Source: Octopus vulgaris (Eukaryota). From it: a stretch of DNA of 64,000 bases. The stretch covers positions 160,580,001 to 160,644,000 of the forward strand of contig OX597816.1 of the NCBI GenBank assembly GCA_951406725.2. The letters are read 5' to 3'. The translations under genes and the position numbers were made by a program. The stretch's first letter is position 1. Each line of letters begins with the position of its first letter. The notes below the pieces were generated by a model. It was given only the letters and a program-made list of their open reading frames with translations, had not been told where the DNA came from and did not search any database. Shown here one piece after another: positions 53,527 through 64,000 of this stretch.

Positions 53527-53639
53527 TCGACATCATCAAAACCTGCGCCACCGCCATCGTTGACGTCGTTGAATATAATTAACACCAACGCTGTTGCCAA
53601 CACCATCACCACCACCACTACCACCACCATCACCCACCC

Positions 53640-53677
<38 letters not shown>

Positions 53678-53700
53678 CCACCACCACCACCACCATATCC
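52788..53700. repeat. Mixed (CAC)/(CAT)/(GAT) trinucleotide region
   Basis: Directly visible. Confidence 0.9.
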
Positions 53701-54117
53701 CCCATCCTCCTCTTCATCGTCAACGTGGTCATCAATGTTGCTTTTTCTCCTCTCTTTCTCTAACGAAATCAAAAGACATTCAATAAACAATTATGTATAT
53801 CGTATCGTATCGATATTTGGAAAATATAAAAATAAATCATATATATATATATATACCATAGATTTGCAAAGAAAAAAAAAATGAATAATATAATAAAAAT
53901 TTTCAAAATGTTGGAAAGAAACATTACCAATGGAATGACAAAAGCTTGGATAATTGGGTAAAAGATTTTTTACCCAAAAATATACACACATTCACACACA
54001 TACATAACACACATTCACACACATACACATACATGCACGCACGCTTCACATATGTAGGTCTGTGCTTGCCCAAATTTATACATACAAAGACACATACTAT
54101 GTGTGTGTGTATGTGTT

Positions 54118-54167
<50 letters not shown>

Positions 54168-54265
54168 GTGTGTGTATGTATATATAAATCAAGTGCTATG
54201 CACGCCATACATGTAATATCGATAATGTACCATCAATAATATTTTAAGTATGTATGTGCATATGC

Positions 54266-54298
<33 letters not shown>

Positions 54299-54304
54299 TG
54301 TGTA

Positions 54305-54335
<31 letters not shown>

Positions 54336-54384
54336 ATATGTAAACATACATGTGTTTGTGTATGTTTGTATTTGTGTGTATAAA

Positions 54385-54425
<41 letters not shown>

Positions 54426-54557
54426 GTATATATATGTATGTATATAAACATATATATATACATATGTATATATATATATACATATATATATACATATATA
54501 TGTAAGTATACATCCATCCATCCATCCATCATATATATACATATACACATACATAAG

Positions 54558-54601
<44 letters not shown>

Positions 54602-55036
54602 TGTTTATGTTTTGTTACAAAAAAAAAAAACAGTTTTACATTAATCTCATGGGTTACTCTATATTTTCGTAAGAGTATAAATTTATTATTCTTAAACTAG
54701 AATATCGTTGACTGTGACTTTGTCCGGCGATGGTTTAGCTGACCGAAACTTCAAAGTCATTCCTCAATCGTATTTTTGTTTAAGAATAATATATATTAAC
54801 AAAAATGCATGTATGCATAAATACATACATACATATATACATGTTTGTAAATTTACATTATTTTTACATGATTCGTGTCTAATCGTTCACGTGTGTCGAT
54901 GTGTGACAGAAAAGCGTTGCACAATTTTCCACAAGTGAAGGTGACAGCATGACTAGCAATTAAATTCTTTCGGATGCTCTTTTGCTCCTTAAAATTATCT
55001 CTTCCTCACTCCTTCTGTTACTCTTCAAATCAAATA

Positions 55037-55093
<57 letters not shown>

Positions 55094-55320
55094 GTGAAGT
55101 AGTGGAGTTACGTACGTAACGTATGGTCATAGCTAAGTCAACGAGACAAGAGCACAGATACTCACACACACATACAAACACACATATGCATGCATATATG
55201 TATACACACACACAAACATATATATGCATATACATACATATATATGTGTGTGTATCCGTATACACCTACACCCATATTCATATCAATACTCAAATTCACA
55301 TTTTACACACACAATATATA

Positions 55321-55365
<45 letters not shown>

Positions 55366-55379
55366 TTAGAAATGTATAC

Positions 55380-55427
<48 letters not shown>

Positions 55428-55599
55428 GTATATATATATATCTTTAGAAATGTATACATATGTATATATATATATATTATAAATGTATACATATGTATAT
55501 ATATATGTAAATATAAATATGTATATATGTGTACATATTTGTGTGTATATACATATATACATATATATATATGGAAATATGTATATATATGTACATATT

Positions 55600-55649
<50 letters not shown>

Positions 55650-55842
55650 CATACATGTAAGTCTCGTTTATGCATTTGTTTTGTGTTTCTATCATTCAAA
55701 TGAAATATACGATAATTTCCCAAAAAGAAATATAGATGCCTCAATATATGTATGTATGAATATTATATATATGTATGTATATATATGTGTGTGTGGTGCG
55801 TGCGTGTGTGTGTGTACATATATATATGCATACAAACATACA

Positions 55843-55877
<35 letters not shown>

Positions 55878-55893
55878 GTATGTGTATATATAT

Positions 55894-55927
<34 letters not shown>

Positions 55928-55958
55928 CTATACAATATGTTACATTACTCGGTAGTCA

Positions 55959-56021
55959 AGATAAAACTCTGAGTTTCAGATGCCGAAGTGGAAATCCACA
56001 ACACCATCTCTTCGGTTATCT
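55959..56021 (-). ncRNA. Hammerhead-like (type I) fold with non-canonical core
   Basis: AGATAA-CCGAAGA-GATG...CATC-T-GAAA-CTCAGAG-TT-TTATCT gives a 6-bp stem I, a stem II with inner hairpin, and a palindromic stem III. Confidence 0.35.
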
Positions 56022-56701
56022 GGCTATTTGACATACGTACGCACATATACACAAAATATATATATATATATGCATACATGAGTTTGTGTGTGTTTGTATG
56101 TGTACATATATATATATATACATACATATATATATACACACATATATACTTACATATATATATACATATGCATATATATGTATATATATATGTATACACA
56201 CATAAACATCGTTTTATTGTTTGTTTGTAACTGTTAAATATGTATATTACTATCGGCATTTTGAACCTTTACAAATCTGAACAATTGATAAAGGAACTTG
56301 TTCTAAGAAAATTGTAAACAGCGGCATCAAAAGCACCAAGAAGAATGGAAAACTAATTAGATAAATAAAGTACTGAGTACTTCACCTATATAATTAAGAA
56401 GAACGGAACACGTACTAATTAAAGGCAAGGGAGGTAGCAGTCGAAAAATTAGGTATGTCAGGGAAGGTAAATAGAAGTTGTGTGGGTTTCGTTAGCACAA
56501 ATGCTCCGTACGCACACGTTTCGTAGCTGCAGCTGCCTATGTTTATGCTTTTAAACACATACACACGTTGTATATATATTAAGTATACACCACACACAAT
56601 GAGCGTCATAAGCCCGGTTTACCCTCGGTTTCTATACACGTGTGTGTATACATATTGATGCCATGCAGCCGTCAATAACTGTGTGTGTATGTGTGTGTGT
56701 G

Positions 56702-56831
<130 letters not shown>

Positions 56832-56908
56832 TGTATGTATGTATGTATGTATGTTCGTACGCATATATGCATATATGTGTGCATCTTTGCACGTATGTAT
56901 GTATGAAT

Positions 56909-56946
<38 letters not shown>

Positions 56947-57418
56947 TGAATGCATGTAGGAATGTAAGAATGAATGCATTTAGTTACGTCAGTACGAACG
57001 AATGTATATCTATTCTGATGTTCTAATGTTTGTCATGCATGTATGTATATTGCATGCACACACACACATCAACACACACACGTACACACACACATCTACT
57101 CACAAACAATGTACGCACACAAACTTACAAACACACACACACACACACACGTGTATATTAAACGTTATACATTCGTGTACAAGAAAAAAAGAGAGGAATA
57201 AATAAATGAATGAATAAATTAATAAATAAATAAAATTCAAATGTGTGAAAAAGGCAAAATGTTAAGCTTATCAACATTTGCCTTGTCAACAATTTTTGAC
57301 TTAACAAGTGATGTGAAGGTTTGATTTCAATCAAGTCGTTAAATCTCCCGTTTCCGTTTTGAATGGATTTTTCTTTCAAATGTATACCATTTCAATATAC
57401 TTACATACATACATATTA

Positions 57419-57522
<104 letters not shown>

Positions 57523-57587
57523 TATATATACGTAATATATATATATGTATGTATGTATGTATATATATACTTACATACATAATATTA

Positions 57588-57682
<95 letters not shown>

Positions 57683-57979
57683 ATACATACGTACATATAT
57701 ATATGTATATATGTATGTATTATTACATACATATATATATATATATATATATAATATATATATATGCATACATATATGTATGTATATATATACACACACA
57801 TATAATGGATATGTGTGTGTATGTATATATCATGTTTGTACAAATATGTATATATAATGACAGAAATATGGAAGGAGCAAAATTGTCAATGTTTTTGTTT
57901 TTTGTTGATTGTTAAATGGTTTGTGTTGTGGTTTTTTTTTTGTTTTGTTTTTTATTTGCTTTTTTTTTTTTACCCCGTT

Positions 57980-59191
57980 TTAATCATATTTTCTCAAAAA
58001 CGAACGTATGACAGTACCTTTGAAAATCAGAGTTTCATTTGCTCCCCCGTTTGGTAAACTATGGTGAGTAACAAATGGATAAAGAGATACTAGTGCCTCA
58101 CATGAGATAGTTTTTTGTTGATATTTGGAAACGAATCTTTCCAGTTTATGATCGTAGGTGTTAGATTTGCACATTTTCATTGAATAACGGTTTCGCAAGA
58201 AACGGCCCGTGTTTTTAGGAGCCGGTAGCATCGAGTCCATAAATGGGCGATCACTTAATGGAAAAACATCTTTTCTATGGAATGTATAAGAAGATGAGAA
58301 AGTTGGATCAGCGTCCCAGATGTGGGTCTTATTCTCCCGGAAGAAACTTATGTCCAGATAGGGCCACGACCACGAAATCCCTGGAATAGGACGAGACAAA
58401 GTGGAATAAAATTTCCAACGCTTGCCTTGTTTATCGTTGAGAATATAATTTGGTGAACGGCTTGAGAGGACTTGCCGAATGAAGGGCTTTTCACTTACAT
58501 TCATCATAACATCCATATCATCGTCCCAAGGTATGATTCCGTGATGCCTGAAGGAACCGAGTAAGGTTCCGCTGTAAAGAAAATATGTTAAGTTGTAAGT
58601 AGTTACCAGTTCCACAAATCGGCTCAAAATATCTGTGAATGCTCTCAAATCGTCATTGTTCATTCGAGTGTTGAAAAACTCAATGCTCCGTGACGAAGCT
58701 ATACGTCTCTTTTTATTCTTTTTGTTATCCGTACCCTTCGGGGAACCGTTATTGTCTTTAGGTTTTTCCTGAAATATACTCTGTTTCCAAATCAACAGAC
58801 TGTTTTCATGTATTTTCTTTTTACCAGACTTTGCTTTCGAATTTGATGGCGAAGAACGAACAGAGATATTAGTTGCAGACGACATCTGCGCTACTGGTGG
58901 TCGCTTACGAGGTGTAAGTGAGAGCAGGTCATTTTTGAATTTCCGATGTGACCTTTTCCGAAGAGGTTCAAAACGTAATGTTTTCAAGGAAGTGTCTTCG
59001 ATGTCATTTAGGAAGCTTCGCATTTGTGGTGTAATATCGTGTTTGGTTCTACTACTAAGGTGTCGCCGACTGCCGATTCGGGTTAAATTCTCAAAGAGAG
59101 TCCAACCAAAATAAAGACTTATCAAATTAAACAGTGCTATTAGACAAAAATATGTCCAGCATCTTTTTCCAGGTAGAAATAAAGTCCTCAT
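57980..59191 (-). CDS. LicD / fukutin-FKRP-MNN4 family phosphoryl-ligand transferase, predicted type II membrane (Golgi-type) protein, 403 aa, uninterrupted ORF
   Basis: Only long non-repetitive ORF. N-terminal hydrophobic anchor (WTYFCLIALFNLISLYFGWTLF), basic low-complexity stem, then the LicD signature YFLYSGTLLGSFRHHGIIPWDDDMDV and downstream WPYLDISFF and FPLSDRPF...LPAP motifs. Good start context ACAACC-ATG. Confidence 0.9.
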   Translation of the reverse strand: MRTLFLPGKRCWTYFCLIALFNLISLYFGWTLFENLTRIGSRRHLSSRTKHDITPQMRSFLNDIEDTSLKTLRFEPLRKRSHRKFKNDLLSLTPRKRPPVAQMSSATNISVRSSPSNSKAKSGKKKIHENSLLIWKQSIFQEKPKDNNGSPKGTDNKKNKKRRIASSRSIEFFNTRMNNDDLRAFTDILSRFVELVTTYNLTYFLYSGTLLGSFRHHGIIPWDDDMDVMMNVSEKPFIRQVLSSRSPNYILNDKQGKRWKFYSTLSRPIPGISWSWPYLDISFFRENKTHIWDADPTFSSSYTFHRKDVFPLSDRPFMDSMLPAPKNTGRFLRNRYSMKMCKSNTYDHKLERFVSKYQQKTISCEALVSLYPFVTHHSLPNGGANETLIFKGTVIRSFLRKYD

Positions 59192-59619
59192 GGTTGTAGA
59201 TTTGAAGAAATGATGTTTTCCTGGACGGTTATCCGTAATTTCTTTCGTGTATATAAAATAAATATTCGCCTAGCAGTTCGTTATTAAACTCGCTGGTTCA
59301 TTTCGCTGCTTTCTGAAAGTTGTCATTATTACGAAAAATTGCTTATTGATCAGACGTGGAGAGAGAGAAAAAAAATCTGAAATTCTCAGTTATATGGGAG
59401 CAGATTTAAATTTTACGAAATAACGTTGCCAGGTGATTAAAATGTATGAATCTCTTTAAATGTAACGGAGAAACTCAAGAGAGAGAACAGAGAAAACAAC
59501 ACCACATTTTACAGTTCACTGCCGCCAGTTATCTCATTAAAATGCCTCTGTAGAAATCCCTGAAATATCACACAAAAAGGGTTTTGTCGGAATGTAGTGG
59601 ACATTTGTTGTTTGATAAT

Positions 59620-59640
59620 ACGCAGACCTGAAAAGCAACA
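59620..59640 (-). promoter_or_regulatory. Candidate 3' splice acceptor (TTGCTTTTCAG|GT) opening the LicD exon in the 5' UTR
   Basis: Pyrimidine tract plus CAG on the minus strand about 435 bp upstream of the ATG, with repeat-free sequence in between. An alternative acceptor lies near 59561. Confidence 0.3.
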
Positions 59641-60126
59641 ACATTCTCAGCAGCAGCGCCCGTGTTTAATACTTGTAACTCGAGTGGTAATTTAAGCAGT
59701 GTAGTAGTAGCAGGGGAAAACTGATGCCGTGTTTCCTTGCAAAGCCTTGTCAGTAGTTAGTTACTCTACGTTGCGTTGCGACAGCACTCTTTCGCTGTGC
59801 GTTCTTATGTCTGTGTATATACATCTAGCCAATATAAAATGTGCTTGTGTTTAGACGACGTATACATATATACACACGGTCTTTCATTAAACACCCGTTT
59901 AATAGAGTAGTTGACATTTTACAGTTTTTATTCGTTCATTCAGTAATTTTCGTTCTTGTCTTCTTTCTTTCTTTCTCTGTTGAAATGTTGGACCTCGTCA
60001 AAAAGAAACAGTGTAAGTACAGAATGCCTGTGACATCTGTCGGTTGTAATACAATATTCTCTTCACCTCCACACCTTATATATATATGTGTGTATGTGTG
60101 TGTGTGTGTATGAGAGTGAGTGTGTG

Positions 60127-60157
<31 letters not shown>

Positions 60158-60301
60158 GTGAGTATGTATATATGTACGTATGTATGTATGTATGTATGTA
60201 TGTATGTATGTATGTATGTATGTATCTTTCTATCTATCTATCAATCTATCTATCTTTCTATCTATCTATCAATCTATCTATATATATATATATATATAAA
60301 C

Positions 60302-60334
<33 letters not shown>

Positions 60335-60526
60335 TGTATGTATGTATGTATGTATGTATGTGTGTGTGTGTATGTATTTTTTTATTCTCTAAGTCTTTTA
60401 ATGGCTTCAGTCGTAGAACTGCAGCCACGCTGGAGCACCATGTATGTATGTATGTATGTATGTATGTATGTACGTACGTACGTATGTATGTATGTATGTA
60501 TGTATGTATGTTTGTATGTATGTACG

Positions 60527-60560
<34 letters not shown>

Positions 60561-60574
60561 TGTATGTATGTATG

Positions 60575-60607
<33 letters not shown>

Positions 60608-60834
60608 CCCCCACTCTTTATTGCGGGTTATTCAATGTACAGTTAATGGCAAAGTTTCATTTTAATTAGCAGCTTTTATAATCATTTCGCTTCATTAAAA
60701 ATTAATTTCTACGAACATTTTCGTGTTTTCGAACGAAAACTCATTCATTTCTTCGTCTTCTACAGAACGCGTGGTCTTCGCTACAACGTTTCTCTTCCGT
60801 CTTTTCTCTCTCTCTCTCTGTCGCCGCCACCACT

Positions 60835-60897
<63 letters not shown>

Positions 60898-60905
60898 CAC
60901 TACCA

Positions 60906-60952
<47 letters not shown>

Positions 60953-60974
60953 GCTACTACTACTACTACTACTA

Positions 60975-61195
60975 GAGAGTCTCTATGTGGTCGCTCGACT
61001 TACCAGAAATAGCAGTCAAAATCTCCCTCGAACCAAAACTATACACCGCACTATCTTTGTAATAGGACATGTTAGATAACATGACGCTGATATAACCTAC
61101 AGGCAGGGATAAAAAACGTGGGAGTCACGGTTGGAACACCTTTAATCAAAGCTCAGCTGGATCATGGTTGACCTGGGCCTAAACAACAACAACAA
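60975..61195 (-). repeat. Dispersed repeat family E (ATTTGGCTGCTATTTCTAGCA motif), unclassified
   Basis: Related diverged copies near 13945-14135, 27455-27890, 30225-30400, 31120-31335, 31575-31660 and 42160-42300. Confidence 0.5.
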
Positions 61196-61966
61196 CAACA
61201 ACAACCACAACAGCAACAACAACACCAACTACTACTACTACTACTACTACTACTACAATGTTACTGGTACAGCTCTCCCAAAGGTTTTAGGTTAAAGGTC
61301 AGAACCTCGTCGTAATTCTTAAATAAAAGATTAACGATTTATTGTTTTTTTTATTATATTTATTTATTTTCTTATTTCCGTATCGGATTTTTTTTTATCA
61401 ATTTCTTTCCGTTTTCTTTCTTCTTTTTTTTTTTCTATTTACCTTTATTTGTATCTAAACATGTTTCATTGTGAAACAACACGGAAAAAAAAAAAAGAAA
61501 AAAGATTCGAGTCTGTTTTCATTTAACGATGAAATATGGTGAACGAAGAACGAAGAACGAGGAAAAAGTGGGGAATGGAATGGTTGAAGCTGTAGAATCA
61601 GTCCATAGCTACAGTTTTGAATATCATTACAGAAGATTTTATCGACCAGCAAAGCACACTGTTGGAAACGATGTCTGTGGTCGATCTTTCTCTCTCACTC
61701 TCTGCGCATGTATTCCCTCTTCTAACACATCAAACTACATTTTAGAGAATAACCCTCGCCCCCGCTACCGTTTCAGGCAACAATTAGCATACACACGCAC
61801 CCCCTCCACACATATGACAGTGTTTCGGTATTGGTAGACGACATCATTCACCCATAAACTCTCCTCATTGCAAATAAAGAGATAGAATAATGTTTCCTCA
61901 TACCGATTCTTTGTATACAAATACCGAAAGGTCATCATGTGTATGTGAGTGTGTGCGTGTGTGTGT

Positions 61967-62017
<51 letters not shown>

Positions 62018-62018
<1 letters not shown>

Positions 62019-62168
62019 TCTCTCTTTATTTTCTTTCCTTGTTTCTTTCTGTGGAAGAGCGTAGGCTCGAAACGTTAAAGACATTTTCACTTCCCGAGCG
62101 TTATACTAATACATCTGTTTGTTGTCTACACCACCTGTCTTCGTCTTTTTTTTCTGTGAATTCTCCCC
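62018..62168 (+). mobile_element. Short microsatellite-inserted Penelope-like terminal repeat with hammerhead-like motif (copy 3)
   Basis: TCTTT-CTGTGGA-A-GAGC-GTAG-GCTC-GAAACGTT-AAAGA at 62044-62081. Lies between (TG)n and (TA)n. Confidence 0.6.
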
Positions 62169-62172
62169 TATA

Positions 62173-62303
<131 letters not shown>

Positions 62304-62324
62304 GTATATATATGTATATGTATA

Positions 62325-62371
<47 letters not shown>

Positions 62372-62394
62372 GTATATATATATGTATGTATATA

Positions 62395-62493
<99 letters not shown>

Positions 62494-63604
62494 GCAAAAC
62501 TCGGAGCAGTAAGAGACTGGCTCGACCAAGATAAAGATAAAATATGTTATCAATCTTTAGTGTGCCATTGGGTACGGTACTCTCTCCACCGACACAAAAC
62601 GTCAAGGCGCGCGCACGCGCGCGAGTGAGTGCGCGCGCGTGCGTGCGTGTTTAGAACTGCTGTTAAAGCACCAATAAAACACGTTTCTAACAGATAGTGT
62701 TAAATCGTGATAAACAAGGGCGGAGAACACCCAGAACAAATAAATGGATTTATAAATCAAAAAATCAAAAATCAAAAATAAAAATAAAGACAGCGCAAGT
62801 AGAATCCCTCTTACCGTCCCGCCTGCCCCTGCCCCCCCCCTCGCCAACAGCAACAACAACAACAACAATAAAAAGCAGGTTATTCTTTTCTCTTAACCTG
62901 CCCCCAAAATCATACAAAATATAACAATATGCAGCGTATTTTGAGAAAAATCTATTCTGTGATAACTGGAATGAGCATCTTAAATAGTGATTAAGCTTCA
63001 CGCTTGGTCATAAATTAGCTATTAATTTATTTCTGTCAAATCGAACCTCTAATTATTAATCACAGACAAAATGAATTTAAATTAAATAAAGAAACATTTC
63101 ATTCATTAACTTTTTTGTTTTTTTAGTTTTGTCTTATTCGCGCGCGTGTGTGTAGGTGTGTTTTATTCGTTATTCTTTATACAATTTTTTAGCATTTTCG
63201 TCAATCAGTCAGTCAGTCAGTCAGTCCTTCCGTTCTATATACCTCCCCCACTATCATTCTTTCAACCTTCTCTCTTTCAGTCTGTCTTTCTCCATCTTCG
63301 TTCGCTAATTCCTTCCATTCATCATGCATTCGTATCTTCATTCTATTGTTATTTACACTTTCATTCATTCCTCCTGTTTGTTTTTTCTCTTCGTTCGTTC
63401 ACACTTGTCCTTCTTTACAATCCTTTATTTCAATTCTATTCAGACTTTTAAGTTATTGTTCAAAAGATCTCTCTTACGTTACACACAACTGCATTGTGTC
63501 TAACAATACATACATTATTATATTATATACGTTCGCATCACATTTCTGCCGTATAATAATTTTAATTCGCTACATTACAGCATTCAAATTGCTGGGTGAT
63601 TATG

Positions 63605-63653
<49 letters not shown>

Positions 63654-63693
63654 AATGTGTGTATGTGTGCGTGTGCCTGTGTGTGTGCGTATG

Positions 63694-63831
<138 letters not shown>

Positions 63832-64000
63832 AAAAGCAATAAAGATTCAAGTCAATTTTAATGAATTTACTTGAATATGGTACCTAACTTAGATGCACCA
63901 AAAAACTATACGGTTTTAACAATACAGTAATGTGGGGTGATTATAAGCGAGAAAGAAGCAACAAGAATGGATAAGTTTTTAGTACAATCGTTTCATACAA

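Noticed and set aside
53225-53884. Poly-D/G/S ORFs that might be a coding exon
   Set aside because: Low-complexity only, with no supportable splice structure or homology. More likely UTR or intergenic.
57980-59191. Bacterial contamination or recent horizontal transfer of licD
   Set aside because: The gene has a type II signal anchor, a stem region, Kozak-like context and N-glycosylation sequons, and is embedded in host microsatellites. LicD-family genes are native to animals.

Overview
AT-rich, extremely microsatellite-dense animal genomic DNA. The repeat content points to an octopod cephalopod (Octopus-like), which is inferred from family resemblance and not from a database search. Only one convincing host gene is present: a single-ORF LicD/fukutin-family type II membrane phosphotransferase (57980-59191, minus strand). 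The rest is (TA)n/(TG)n/(TATG)n/(GATA)n and trinucleotide repeats, about 35 copies of at least four modular tRNA-derived SINE types (labelled A-D here), relics of mariner, Tigger, hAT, CR1/Jockey-type, RTE, R4/Dong-type and Penelope elements, a probable non-autonomous Helitron, and many long fold-back repeats. Highlights are short microsatellite-inserted elements carrying non-canonical minimal hammerhead-ribozyme-like folds (one in sense orientation downstream of the LicD gene), a 2x2 head/tail SINE matrix, a four-level nested insertion, and several palindromes. Nearly all other ORFs in the track are simple-repeat artefacts. Repeat boundaries are approximate unless a TSD or TIR is given.
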